Origin: Narcine bancroftii
Taxonomy: Eukaryota
Direction of reading: 5' to 3'
Length of the DNA: 64,000 bases
NCBI RefSeq assembly: GCF_036971445.1
Contig: NC_091476.1
Location: 6,572,001 to 6,636,000 of the forward strand
Shown here: in pieces, positions 34,401-49,400 of the stretch
How positions within the stretch are numbered: position 1 is the stretch's first letter
Layout of the letters: each line of letters starts with the position of its first letter
The notes under the pieces: model-generated
Told to the model about the DNA's origin: nothing
What the model saw: the letters and a program-made list of their open reading frames with translations, nothing else
The model's database searches: none
Translations under genes and position numbers: made by a program

Positions 34401-37400
34401 TCTGAAGGAGGTGGCTTTAGAGATTGTGGAGGCAATATACTCTGGCATGGTTCTGGAGGACTAGAAGGTCACAAATGTAGTTCCGCTGTTTAAGAAAGGA
34501 GGGAGGCAGAAAAAGGAGGTCAGAAGTTGGAAAGTTATTGGAGTCGATCCTCAAGGATGAGCTTGAGCTTATGAAATATCTCAAGGTGCACGATATGATA
34601 TGTCCAAGTCAGCATGGTTTCATGAAGGGAAGATCCTGCCTGACCAACTAATAGGAATTTTTTGAGGAAATACCAAGTAAGAAGGACAAGAGAGAGGCGG
34701 TGGATGTTGTGTATTTGGATTTTCAAAAGGCCTTCAATAAGGTGCTGCATAAGAGGCAACTTAATAAGATGAGATCCCATGGAATTACTGGAAAGATATT
34801 AGATTGGGTGGAACATTGGCTCATAGGCAGAAAGCAAAGGTTGGGAATAGAGGGATCCTATTTTGGTTGGTCGCCAGTTACTAGTGGTGTTCCTAGGGGT
34901 CAGTGTTGGGGATGCTTCTTTTTACAATGTATATTGATGATTTAGATTATGGAGTGAATGGTTTTGTGGTGAAGTTTGCAGATGACACCAAGATAGGGGG
35001 TGGAGTAGGAAATGTTGAAGAAACCGATAGGTTGCAAAGAGATTCGGACAGCTTAGGAGAGTGGGCAAAGAAATGGCAGATGAAATACAATGTTGAGAAA
35101 TGTACATTCTGGAAGAGGAAATAAACAGGCAGATTATTATTTGGATGGGGAGAAAATTCAAAATGCGAAGTGCAAAGAACTTGGGGGCCCTCATGCAGCA
35201 TAACCTAAAGGTTAACCACCAGATTGGATCGGCAGTAAAGAAAGTGAATGCTATGTTGGCATTAATTTCAAGAGGAATAGTGTATAAGAATAAAGAGGTG
35301 TTTTTGAGGCTCTATAGGGTTGAAGAGAGTACAGAGAAGATTTAGTAGGATGATTCCTGGAATGCAAGGGCTGACATATGAGGAACATTTAACAGCATTG
35401 GAGTACAGAAGAATGAGATGTGAATAAGATGTTTCCCTTGGTGGGTGAATCCAGGACAAGTCTTAGAATTAGAAGGTACCCATTTAAAACATTTCTTTAG
35501 TCAGAAGGTCAAGGATTTGTGGAATTGGTTACCACAAACAGCTGTGGAGGTCCGATCACTGGGGGAGTTTAAGGGGAGATTGATAGCTATCTAATTCGTC
35601 AAAATATGAAGGGATATGGAGAAAAGGCTGGAATTTGGAACTGGATGTGAGAATGGTTTAGCTCAGGGTGGAGTTGCAGAGCAGACTCGAAGGGGCGAAA
35701 GGCCTACTTCAGTTTCTTTATCTTGTGATCTTGTGAAACAGTGCAGCTGTTTACTATCTTAAGAAGTCAAGCTGCCCTATGCTAATTCTCATAGAATTTG
35801 TAGTTTTTCCATTTTAATTAATGCACAGTGTATTGTTATCTAAATAAGCAAAAAGTTAAGACTTACTGATGTCTTCAATAACTACAGTATTATCCATGGA
35901 AATGTAAACTGCAAGTGCATTCCAGTCATCAAATAATGTAAGTTTCCTGTGAAAAAAGAAACATTCATCCTGTAGATTTCTAGTTTGAGATAAAGATAGA
36001 AGGGGAAGGAATGATTACACAAAGTTAAATTAAATTAAAGCCACTGAATTGAAGGCATTTTTAGAATCTTAATAATATGCACATTAGGATTCCCTTTGGC
36101 TGCAGTCTTTTTTCTGGGATAGCAGATACCTCTAAAAATACTGAACAATGTTCCCTTTGAATTTAATTCTTATGAACTGGCAAACAAGAGAATGTATAAC
36201 TTAACTCTTTTGATAGCACCTGACTTTATTCTTCAATCAGCATCTTTCAGATTTTAGTCATTATATTGCATGTGGGAGCTTGTTGCATACAAATTAAATG
36301 CCACATTCTCTGTATTACAACAGTTCAAAGAGTATTGCATTGTGTAACAGATTTGTGTTAACCTTTAACGTTAAACTATATTTTTCATATATAAAAAAAT
36401 GTCTTAGTAATGTATAGAGTTAAAAATATTGTATCTGTACTCTTAGTAAATTAGTTGTGAGCTGGTACAGGTTCACACACAGGTCACAGCACATTGACAG
36501 AGAACCATTGCTTTCAGAGAAGAGTGTTAATTTTCAGAGTCCACATGTCTTGGAAAGACAGAGCTAATTCATTTGAAGTGGGCCTTAATTATTCAAGGAC
36601 AATGGAGCATTTGCTTTATTAAAAATGGAAATATCTAAGTACTCAATAAGAACTGCCGAAAGAAGCTACCTTGTTTTAAACTGAACCATTTAAGGCCTCT
36701 TGAACAAGAAAAATGAAACTCAGAGCCATGTGAGTGATATTCTTAAGCCTTTGAAGCAGAAGTGAGGTCATCTTTCGGAGCCGTATGAAGATCACGTGGC
36801 TTACAAGAAATTGGGGTTGGCCACTGTTTAAAATTCCAATAACTGATCACTTTTTTTATAGGAAATAAGAATGACTTCATTGATGATATAACTGTCATGT
36901 GATTTTGAGAAATATATTATTGAATTCAGACATTTTTGGAAGAGTTCAGGGGTTGAAGCCTTGTGAAAGACAGGGTTGAGTTACAGTAACCAGAATAGGT
37001 GCTGTTGTGTGTCTTACTTCTGTGAAAAGGGGAACACAGAATCAGTGGCTTTTGAATTAAGGAAGACCACTGTGCTGTCTTTTTGGAAAAGAGGACAAAT
37101 TCTATTGGATCTATTTTTGTATGGCCACTTCATTTAACCCTTGTCTGGATTTGTGAATTCATTGTGGAAGAATTGGGCAGAATTGTGAGTAAAGAGACCT
37201 GAAGATAGGATGTTTAAAAGTGCTTTGTAATTATTTCCGAACTGAAAATTGAAGACTTTCAAGCAAGACTAAATTATGCTGAAGTTTTGAAAATGGACTT
37301 TTCAGAGTGGTACTTTATCACACACACACACACATTTACATTTTACATTTGCGCAGAGTGGGGTTAAATTTAGAGTTAAGTTTAGAGATATGGAAAAAAA

Positions 37401-40400
37401 TGTTATGTTGTTAATAGTTTAATGAAAAAAACTATTATTTTGAATTTACCACTGTCTGGTGAATTTTCCCTTGCTGTTCCTGTGTTAGTGCTAACAAAAT
37501 CCCTTTGGTCCCAAAAATAATTAAGAGGGTTGTAAATTTGTAACATATAAATACTTTTGAACATCATGTGATTGCAAAAGCTATGACATAAATGTGTCCT
37601 TTTATACTTCCATGATGGACATCAGAGGAAATTGAAGCCACATGTTATTTATTTAGACGTTATGATACACTAAACTGGAGTGCTTTAAACGATGTCGGGT
37701 GTGTAGGAACTCGCTGATTGTTTAGTGCCGATGTGTCTAGATTAATATGGCTGCAGGGGATTTAGATGATACATATTTCAAGAGCAGTTACTTAATCATT
37801 AGTCGAAAGCCCCAAAAATGTCCTTCTATTTCTAAAGTTGTTTGAAGAAATGAACATTGATTTACTTATGCAGAGTAATTGAAACCTTGGTATGTTTCAA
37901 CCCCTGAAATTATTGATCCAAGATACTCTGAGCTGAAAGCAAATTAAGAAGGTTGGGTGATGAGGATGGAGGGAATGGATATTAAATTGTTAAAGATATC
38001 ATATCTGACCATAACCTAAAGTTAACATGCTTACTAGTTTAAGTGGGACAGATTCGTCAGCAAGTAAACTGCTCTGGAGAAGCAAGTCAATTATTTTAAT
38101 ATATAAACCAGACTCTTGGCACAGTTTTGGAATCTATCTGTAACTTGCAGTGGAGAGCTGGGATTCCTAGCACCCAGAAAACCAGAAATTAAAGGGAGCT
38201 GGAAGCTTCTGGCTGCACTTGCTAATTTGTTGCTTTAAAAAGAAGAAAGGAAGGGTCAATCAGCTTAACACTGGTGAAGGGGACACGACTGGAAAAAGTT
38301 CTGAAGGATGGAATAAATTATTATTTAGTCAAGGACAATTCCCATAAATTTGTTCAACTCAACTTGTGTCTGACTGACTTTTTTTGAGGAGATAATAAGC
38401 AAAGTCAATGAGATAATTAATTTTATATAATCTATGTTGATTCACAAACCTTTGCAATGACAACTAATGAAAAAGTAAAAATACATTAAATCCAAGCTAA
38501 GAGTTCAAAATTGTATATGAAGTAGAACAAGCTCAAAGGTAGGGAGCAAGTAAGTATAGTCAGTAGGGGATAGGAAGGCTGTTACAGTGGTGTTCTGGAG
38601 GGCTTTGCTTTACATAATGATTAACAATGAAAACATAAATACAGGATGCCAATTAATACCTTTGGAGAAGAGTCAAAGATTGGCCTTGGATGGTTAATGA
38701 GGAAGGAAAGTGCAGGGAGATATGCAGTGACTAAAACAAGAGGGTGTAGGTTTAGGATAAGGGGATAAGAGGGGATCTAAAGAACAACTTTATTACCCAA
38801 TGTGTGTTTAACATCTGGAACACTCTGCCAGAATGGGTGTTGCATGTAGGTATTCTCACAACTTTTAAATGAGCACTAGAATCACCAAGGCATAGAAGGC
38901 TATCAGACAAAATGTTGGTCAATGGAATCAGTATGGATGGGTACTTTGTGGTTGGTATGGACATCCTGGAGGGAGGACAAACGTTCGATTGCTGAAAAGT
39001 GCATGTCTCGAGATCCCCGAATCCCTGCTAACTTGTGATGGTTGTCATTTCAAGAAACAAGGTGGAAAAGATGACTAAAGTGGTACCTTTAATCACTCAG
39101 GCACAGAAACAAGGTTAAGGAGATCACAGTAGAATTGTACAAAACATATATCTCTCTAAAATATTATATGCATTTGGTCACTACATTATAGTAGAATATT
39201 ACAAAAAGTTGTAATACATGAGAGGATTTAAGAAGATGCTGGCAGAGCTGGTGAGATTAGCAACATGAAATAAAGAGGACAGAGGGAAGATTTAATTAAG
39301 TTGTGTAGAAATATTAGAACCAATTTCTTTTAGCAGCCAGAATAAAGGAGAAGATTGGGAATATAAGGATAGTTCAGAAAAAGAAAAGTTGAATAAATGA
39401 AGTTTAGCTTATTGCATCCACATAATGATAATGTGCAGATGTAACAAAAATTTCATTTGCTGCAACTGCCCAGGTACATAAAATATCACAGCACATAAGA
39501 GAAAAAAATAACAAAAGGACAAAGAAAAACAATATTCACAGTTGGATGTAGTGTAAAAATTATGCTGTCTTTAGAGCAGATAGATATTTGCTGATCTTGA
39601 AGTGGTCTGGTTAGTGTAGGGAAGTTCAAGAGCCTGATGGCTGTTATCTAAATGCCATTCTTAAAATCAAAAATAATTCTGAGAGTTGTGAAGTTCTGGA
39701 ACTCCCTGCCGGAAAGGCTGTTAAAGGCCACAAAACGAGCCCGAGAACCGGGTGTCAAGTGGTCTAATTAATACCTTTTCAGATGCCAAGAACTGAATAA
39801 GCCTTGCATGAATGTCAATTGTTCTCATTGTTTTCCGGAACCCTTCTAAAGGGCCTAGGCAGCTCCTCTGGAGGTAATGCGAGAAAATGCTGCCAGATCT
39901 TTTCCTAACATTCATGTCTCCACCCACCCTCCCCCCCAGCCTCATTATACAGCAACCTTCTCCTATCCCCCCTTCCACATTGCTGTTTCTTCTGACTGCG
40001 GGGAACAATCTTCAGTGGCCCCTCACTGCAGCCTTTTTTCACTGGTTTTCTCACATGAGTGGGAAATGGAGTGAAGGAATGGGACTTCAAATCATTTTCG
40101 GTTTCTTGACCACAAGTATACTCCTCTGCATCCGTGTACCCAAATGCCCCATTCTCTTCAACAACAGCAGACAAAACTCGCATAACAATATCAGCAAAAC
40201 TAAATTGTGGAAAGAATGGTGTCTGAAACAATTGATGGCACTTATCTATATTCACTTACTTCAATACTTGAGCCACTGTATTAGGTCCGTACCATTCTCC
40301 TACAGATTTGCCCTCACCCACTCCCATCTGAGCTGTTATAAAGTTAAAAAGGAAAAGATTTAGAATTCAACTGGAAGTATGTGTCACAATATTATTCTGC

Positions 40401-43400
40401 CAGAAAGCTATTAAATCCTTTGAGTGATATGCTTGGATAGTGACAAGGAATGAGGCTCAAATTGAAAACAAGCTAGTTTATAATCTCTTAACAGCATAGC
40501 CAATTGTTTGGTTATTCAATCCAAAGAGACAAAATAGACTTTTCTGGCATGTCTTTTTGTACTAGAAATCCTGTACAGTACACACAGCTCCATGTTGTGT
40601 ATTTTGACCAACTTAAAACCTACAATGTTCAAAATTAATAAAGAACATTCAAAAGCAATTATATTTATTTATTTTACATTTCTGCTCCATTTTGCACAAT
40701 AGAGCCAACATGCAGCTAATCCTTAGCAGTAGTTTAAGAAATTATATCTCCCTCACCCATTTGATGAATCGAGTAGCAGCTATCCTTTCGGTCTAGAAAG
40801 CATTGCAGAATTCGGTAATAAGGCTCAGGTTGCCATTTGCCTTTTTCCCATCGCCAATCTGCATTGAAGCATTTCAGTTAACCAACTAATCAAACACATA
40901 TCAAGGTGGTTTACATTAGCTTTACAAAGTATTCATATCTTGTCATGTATTAAAGCTGATATCTGCTTGTTTCAGTAATTCTATTTAAGGTGAGATAGCT
41001 GGTAAGAAAACAACTGCTGGGAAGAATTATGTGACTGTGAGCTTTTGTAAACTGTTATTAACATCGGAAGAGGCATTAACACAATCCTGAATTCAACTAC
41101 TGGTCAAGGCATTATAAATTAATTTAATAAAACAACTTTTTGATGTTATTACAAGAAACAACTGAATGGGTGGCAACTGAATTCATGCTAGTGGCGAAGT
41201 AATTGTCATAAGATGTTGGCTGGCAATATCACAAACCAGCCAGTGGGAGTAATTGATATAATAATGGCATGATTTACTGGGATGTGTTGTACACCAGGGA
41301 CTCAAATGGTTTTCCCATTGGGGTTGTTATTCATTACAGTTTGGAATAAGTACTTTTCTTTAAAGTTGTTAGTGAGGAGATGATAGAGTGTGGGCAGGGA
41401 GAGGTACTGGAGAGTGGTAGTCAGAAGCAAGGGCCAAGGAACTGATGTACACTTTAAAAGGAGAAAGAATCTTAGAATCATAAAGAACAGAAATGGTCCC
41501 TTTGGACTTCTACATCTTAGAGAACTACGAAGAAATTTGGTTCACCGCTGTATCAGAGTACTTTTGACTATGAGTTAGTTAAAACCTTACTCAGCTTGAG
41601 CACTTTTCTGGTCCCCACATTATAGGAAGGATGTGCTGACACCGGAAGCGTTGAGAAAGTGGAGAGGTAGGAGAGGGGTATAGATCATGTAGAATGCAGG
41701 AATCATTCCCCTCATCATAGGTGAACAAAACTAGAGGAGATAAGTTTAGGGGAAAGGGTAAGAGATTTCAAGGGCATCCTGATGGGGATACATCTCACCC
41801 AGAGAATGATGAGTACATGAAATGCAGAGGCGGAGAGAGTATGCAAGCAGAGTCGGTAACAGCATTTAAGAGAGGCGCACTTGAATCACCTAGGCCTTGA
41901 AGGTTGTGGGCCAAGAGCTGGGAGATTGAATTAATGTGTATAGGTAGCCAGTGGTTAGCATGAATGTGGTGGGCCAAATGGCCTCTTTCTGTGCTTTAGG
42001 ACCATGACTCAAAGGGCTAGAAATAGACGGGTGTTCAAAGTGAAGGTGTCACAGGAGTATAAGAGAATAGAGTATAATTTGATGAAAAGAGCCACATTAT
42101 CACTGTTTAGAAAAGGTATTGCCAGGCATATAGGCCTCATTGAGTGACAAGGTACTAATGAGCCAAGCTACTGCCAAAGATTTAAACACAAGAAAACAAG
42201 AGAAGCAGGTTAGCTGTATACCCTAGCCTCTCAATTCAATATGATTTTTGGCCTCAACATCTCTTTTATGTAAATTCCACATAGTTCTTAATTCCCTGAT
42301 CTTTCACAAATGCGTCTACCTCCAGTGATCGAACTTCAACAACCCTCTAGTAAAAATCACCAGCGAATCACAATCCTATTCGAGAAGTAATTCCTATGCA
42401 CCTCAGTTTTAAAAAAAACAGCCTCTTATAACAATCTCCCCTCGTTTGAGAGTTTCCCTCTGGTGGAAATATTATCAACATCTACCCTCTCACGTCCCCT
42501 CAGGATATTATGTTTCAAATAGATCAGTTCTCAGTCTTCTAAAATCCAAAGAATACAGATCTATTTGTTTTTAGACATTCACAACAGGTTAACCCAGGAG
42601 TTTCTTCTGGACTGGACCAGCATATCCTTTCTTCATAAAAGGGACCAAAATTATACACAACTCCAGAGGGGGCCTCAGCACATCCTGTACAGTTGTGTCA
42701 ATACTTGTCCATTTTGAAACTTCATCCACCTAACAATAAAAAAACAACAGGCCATTTGTCTTCTTAATTACTTGCTTTACCTGCATGCAGTTTGTGCTTT
42801 ATGGACTGGAACATCGCGATCGCTTTGTATCCCTGTTGTTTGCAGTAACAAATAATCCCTGAATGTACTTTACAAATTTCTCTTTCACGGTACTCTTGCC
42901 AGTCAGACTATTCAAATCAATATGCAGTCAAAAATGAATAGTTCACGTTCAGTCATTTTGTTTACAGAGAACTGCTTGAAATATCTTTCCTTCATGGAGT
43001 AAGGCCTCTCTGAGAGGGATACCAACTTGCTCCATGATCTGTAGGTTGTTTACAAGATATAAATAGGTAATGAATTGGCAAAACAATGAGAATCTGTGGA
43101 AAGAGTAAGACTTAACAATCCAAATCAGTGACATTTCATAAGAATTGGTAATAGTTTTAAGGTGCAGAGACAGGTGAGAATGGAAGAACCAAAGGAAGGA
43201 TTTGTGATTGGGCTATGTACAGGTGAGAGTGTTTACAGTAAGGTAGCAAAAATCTAGAAGTGTAGAATAATGAACTGAAATCATAAAGGAAATCCAGAAA
43301 GCATGCTTTTGTTTGCAAAGTATGCCCAGGGATGATATGTCACATTCTATTGCAAAACATATGAATGTCATCTCACTGGTCAAAATGATCTCGGACAGTT

Positions 43401-46400
43401 TTTTTCTGCTGTTACCAGACTCATGAATGACTTCTCATGAGTAAAAGATGATCCCTTGCACTATTTAATGGTGCTTTCTAACTCTATTGTTAACTAAGCC
43501 TGTGACATCACGGGCACCAGACTTCACTCCATCGAGGGCATCTCATTGAGGCGGTGTCTTAAGAAAGCGGTTTCTGTCCTCAAAGACCCCACTCTCCCAG
43601 GCCATGCCCTCTTCACTCTGCTACCATCCGGGAAAAGGTACGGGAGCCTAGGACAGCTTCTTCCCCGCTGCTGTCAGATTCCTGAATAATCAATGAACCC
43701 CAGACACTGCCTCACTTTTCGTACACTTTTATAGTTATTATTTTATTTTTTATAGTAATGTCGCAAGATGGTTATAATATGAATGTTTTCGCTCTGATGC
43801 TGCCCCAAAACACCGAACTTCATGACTTGATCATAGAACCATAGAACATTACAGCACAGATGACAATAAATTTCTGATTCTGGATCTATATGCTGCACTT
43901 TGTTTTGTTATACTATATCCTCTGGATTTTTATTTTATTGTAACACTCTCCCCTGCTCCATTATTTTTATAGGTTGATTGCCTGGATAACATCCAAAAGA
44001 AAGCTGTTTTAACTGCATCTCGGCACACATGACAATAAACAGTTCAATTCACGATTGAACAAAGCCCAAACTTGAGGCTTGTGTCATTCTCATCAGTTCA
44101 TTTTTACTTTCTTAAGGTTTTTGATGGGAAGTCGAGGCCAAATAATGCAAACAAGAAATGGCCTTCAAGTCGTTTTTAAATGCAACCTGCAAACAGTCAT
44201 CGGTTTTGGAATTACAAGTTCAGCTGCATGATCAAACAGCACAGATTGTGCTGAGAACAGGCTACAGTTCATAGCATGAGGCAACTAATGAGAAATGGTT
44301 TGGAAAATTACATAACTATGAGACACCCTCATATGCATTTGCCAAGTGTTCAAACAATAGGCAATATTACTTGGTTTACATCAAACTAGGCATGCCCCAT
44401 TGTGATCAAGATCAAGGAAGTCAGAATCTGACCTACCCTGCCACTTATCAGATAAATTGAAGTCATGGGCATATTTGTTTTGTCAATCAATACTTGGAGA
44501 TTTGTGTATCTAGAGAGTCAGTCCTCACAATGATAATAATAATGGTAATGAGTTGACTGGTCTTCAGGCTTCTGTACCTTTTTCCTGAAGGGAATATTGA
44601 GGAGAGGCTGTGATCAGGAAAGAGTGATAGGATTTTTTTATGACGTTGGCTGCCTTCATAAGGCAGGGTCTCACATAGATGACTATGGATAGGAAGTCGG
44701 ACCCCTGTGATTGACCTGGCTATGTTTGATAACCTCTACAGCCAGGAGAAACAAAGGATATTTTGGGTAGCTGTGGTTTTTAGCTCAGAAACTATACATC
44801 ATTGTGAATTACTTAATCCAAACAAAGGTGTTTGAATATTCAGAGCTGGTTATCTTAAGAAATGCTTACATTGTATACAGTATATGCAATTGAATGAAAT
44901 CACAGAACATTGAAATAATTTCTGCAATTCCAACCATTGGAATCGTATTTAATCACCTACTATTATCTTTTTCTTAAAGAGTTTAAAAACACAATCTACA
45001 ATGAGTTGGAGAGATTCTCCAAGCAGATCTTCTCCCATCATTTTCCCTGTGTGCCTGCTTGGTCTGAGTAAAGACTTCCTAGATCTTTATGAAGTGCTGC
45101 CTCAAGAAGGCAGCCAACATCATAAAGGATCCCCCTTCACCCTGGTCACAATCTCTTCTCATTACTACCTTTAATCCAGCACCTCTACGTTCAAGAACAC
45201 TTTTAATTTCCCAATAGCTGTCACCGTACTACCCTAACCATAAACCACAGAACTATATGAGGTATTAGGTATGAGGTACATCCATTGGAGCGCTCACACC
45301 CCTAACGTCGAGGTACTCGAGATGGCAGAGGTCGACAGCATCGAGTCCACGCTGCTGAAGATCCAGCTGCGCTGGATGGGTCACGTCTCCAGAATGGAGG
45401 ACCATCGCCTTCCCAAGATCGTATTATATGGCGAGCTCTCCACTGGCCACCGTGACAGAGGTGCACCAAAGAAAAGGTACAAGGACTGCCTAAAGAAATC
45501 TCTTGGTGCCTGCCACATTGACCACCGCCAGTGGGCTGATAACGCCTCAAACCGTGCATCTTGGCGCCTCACAGTTTGGCGGGCAGCAGCCTCCTTTGAA
45601 GAAGACCGCAGAGCCCACCTCACTGACAAAAGGCAAAGGAGGAAAAACCCAACACCCAACCCCAACCAACCAATTTTCCCTTGCAACCGCTGCAATTGTG
45701 TCTGCCTGTCCCGCATCGGACTGGTCAGCCACAAACGAGCCTGCAGCTGACGTGGACTTTTTACCCCCTCCATAAATCTTCGTCCGCGAAGCCAAGCCAA
45801 AGTAATATGAGGTATTAAAACATCTCTTACTTCTTACGCTAATTACAGCTGTGAATATTTATTTATCCTTTTATTTTTATTATCTCCTTTTCAGTCTTGG
45901 TATATTGTGGTAATAGAATTTATACTATTGTATTTGGTGCATCTTACTAGTGCGGCTACTGCAAGTAAGAATTTCAGTGCATCTGATGATCAGAGACATA
46001 CAGCATGGAACCAGCCTTTCGACTCAATTTGGCCACACCGACCAAAATGTCCCATCCACCTGCCTACGTATGGCCCACATCCCTCTAAACCAGCGGTTTT
46101 CAAACTGCCCCCCCCCACCCCCCCCCCCCCCAAAGTCACATTTCACCTTAAGCAATCCCTATCCCATCAGTGCTCTGTGATTGGGAAGGGATGGTTGAGA
46201 ACCACTGCTCTAGACCCCATTGCTACTGAAATATTTTGCTTGAGAAAAATTGTCATTGGCCCATTTCCTTTGGAGTTAGGAAACCATGCACATAACGAGT
46301 CAATGAACTACGATTAAAACAGTGGTTTTCAAACCTTTTCTTTCCACTCTAACTAATCACAGAGCACTTATGGCATAGGGATTGCTTAAGTTTGAGTTTA

Positions 46401-49400
46401 GGGGACAATTTGAAAACCACTGGTCTAAACCTATCCTATCCATGTATCTGTTTAATTTTTTTCTTAAATACTGTACTAGATCCTGCCTCAACCCCCTCCT
46501 CCAGCAGCCTGTTTCATACTTACCTTCTGTGCCAACAAGTCACCCCATCCAGTTACGCATTTCCAGACTCTGGACAAAGGTTCTTGCATTCATCCAGTCT
46601 ACTCCTCACATCTATGAGATCACTCCGCATCCTCCTGCGCTCCAAGGAATAATGTTCTAGTCTGCTCAACCTCTCCCTGTAGCTCAGGCCTCTGAGTCTC
46701 GACAACATACTCATAAATATTCTCTGCACCCTTCTCCAGTTTGACATCATCTTTCCTGCAGCACGGTGACAAAAACTCAATACAATATTCCAAACAGGGC
46801 CTTATAAAATAAAAAAAAGTTTACAACAAAGGATCAAAAAACAACATCACTATGAACAGTTGGCTGCCATAAGCCAATTATCCCGGTGGTAACATTTCTG
46901 GCACCTCCTGAATAAAACTCTCAAAGATCATGAGGCCCCACTTTCATGGTTTATATTCATACTGACAATTAAGATCAAGCGAGCTTTTACTCTTCTGCTC
47001 CACAGGAAGATTCTGTCATCCCTGAGCTCACATAGAACTGAAGTGAATGAGAATAAACTCTCATAGTTATCGTCGCCTCTGTGTTGCTCATTCAAAAATC
47101 TCAGCAGTAGTAAGAGATTACGATAAAAGCATACCTATCCCAAGGTGTTTGCAGATCAATGCTTGTGCCAGGATCATCTGTCCACATCGAAGCATACACC
47201 CCCAGCCAGTATCAGATGAGGGACCAGTCCCCCCTGTGTAAACAAAGATGGAGAATTCGCTATACATTTTCAGATCCTCTAACTTTTCAGTTAAGCATAT
47301 AATCTTTTTTTTGTTGATTAAAAATTGTGCAAGGCTATGGAGAAAAATGAGACCGATTCCTCCTTAAGGAGTTGGCACAGACTTAATGAGTCACTGCTTC
47401 TCAGATTTTGATTTATTGTATATATATATATATATATATATATCTATCACATACAGCCCAGAGATTTTTATTCCTCCAGGTGAGGCAGAATTACCACTTA
47501 TTGGCAATGCAAAAAAAAACTGTGCTCAACACACATATGGAGACAAATAAAGAAATGTAAACAAATTGACTGTGCCATACACACAGAGAGAAAAAAAATT
47601 AAGGGTTCTTAAATAAGTCTGTGATTGACTGCTGTTGAGGAGTCTGATGGTGGAGGGGGAGCAGCTGTTCTTGAACCTGGTGGTGTGCGTCTTGGGAAAC
47701 CTAGACCTCTTTCCTGATGATATCAGCAAGAACAGAACATGTGGTGTGTGGTGTGGATCCTAGATGATTGCTGCTGCTCTCTGAAGGCAGCATTCCCTGT
47801 AGACATTCTCGATGGTGGGGAGGGCTTTACCCATGGTGTCCTGCGCATTGTCCACTATCTTTTGCAGGGCTTTACACTCAGGGATATTGGTGTCCCATAC
47901 TAGACCATGATGCAGCCAGTCAGCACACTTTGCACCACACACCTGTAGAACTTTACCAGGGTCATGCTTCTTTCTGTAATGTCACAGTTGGCATAAATGC
48001 TTTTCCCTTCTGGTTGTTAAGATTCAGATGTGTCAAAGAGTTGAAAGTTGGGGGTGGGGGTTGTGCATGGGCTGAAAGGAGCAGTTTGCTAAATTTGTTG
48101 ATGACACAAAGATATGTTGAAAAATAAGTTTTAAAAGAGGACTTAAGGAGACTCATTTCATGGTCAAAGAACAGAATGTGGGAAAATGTGAAAATTCAAT
48201 TTGGCAGGAAAAACAAGAGACAAAGCATATGATCTAAATCAGCCATTCTCAACCGGGGCCATCTTCCCCCAGGGGCACAACACATGATTTCAGTCCATGA
48301 CCCCTGTAAATAAAATATATTTTTTTGTTTTTTTATGTAGTCAGTAGGAGAGAAATATGGAAGAAACCAACTTGACTGCTTTACAGAGAAAGGGGACCAG
48401 AAAATTTGAGCAGAGTCCTCAGGGAGCCATAGCTAAAAGAAGGTTGAGAATGGCTGATCTAAGTAGTGAGCAATTATTGAGCTCCGAGATGCAGAGCAAT
48501 CTGAGTGACCAACTGTGTCTTCAACAATGAAGACACTGTTTACATCCGGTACCGCACGGATGGCAGTCTCTTCAATCTGAGGCGCCTGCAAGCTCACACC
48601 AAGACACAAGAGCAACTTGCCCGTGAACTACTCTTTGCAGATGATGCCGCTTTAGTTGCCCATTCAGAGCCAACTCTCCAGCGCATGACGTCCTGTTTTG
48701 CGGAAACTGCCAAAATGTTTGGCCTGGAAGTCAGCCTGAAGAAAACTGAGGTCCTCCATCAGCCAGCTCCCCACCATGACCACCAGCCCCCCCACATCTC
48801 CATCAGGCACACAGAACTCAAAATGGTTAACCAGTTTAACTACCTCGGCTGCACCATTTCATCTGATGCAAGGATCGATAAAGAGATAGACAAGAGACTC
48901 GCCAAGGCAAATAGCGGCTTTGGAAGACTACACAAAAGTGTCTGGAAAAACAACCAACTGAAGAAACACCAAAGATCAGCGTGTACAGAGCTGTTGTCAT
49001 ACCCACGCTCCTGTTCAGCTCCGAATCATGGGACCTCTACCGGCATCACCTACGGCTCCTAGAACGCTTCCATCAATGCTGTCTCCACTCCACCCTCAAC
49101 ATTCATTGGAATGACTTCATCACCAACATCGAAGTACTCGAGTTGGCAGAGTCCGCGAGCATCGAATCCACGCTTCTGAAGACCCAACTGCGCTGGGTGG
49201 GTCACATCTCCAGAATGGAGGACCATCGCCTTCCCAACATCGTGTTATATGGCGAGCTCTCCACTGGCCACCGGGACAGAGGTGCACCAAAGAAGAGGTA
49301 CAAGGACTGCTTAAAGAAATCTCTTGGTGCCTGCCACATTGACCACCGCCAGTGGGCTGATCTCGCCTCCAACCGTGCATCTTGGCGCCTCACAGTTCGG

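Larger units (their letters stand above)
31459..35735 (+). mobile_element. Degenerate CR1 LINE (end of ORF1 plus most of ORF2) with nested insertions
   Basis: DVVYLDFQKAFNKV, V.SGVP.G, KFADDTKIGG fragments; endonuclease remnants at 31860-32450; 3' tail tcttgtgatcttgtga. Confidence 0.88.

Noticed and set aside
39721-40363. Cluster of 65-158 aa ORFs next to exon 6
   Set aside because: No recognisable domain or consistent splice structure; only 40260-40332 is supported as coding.
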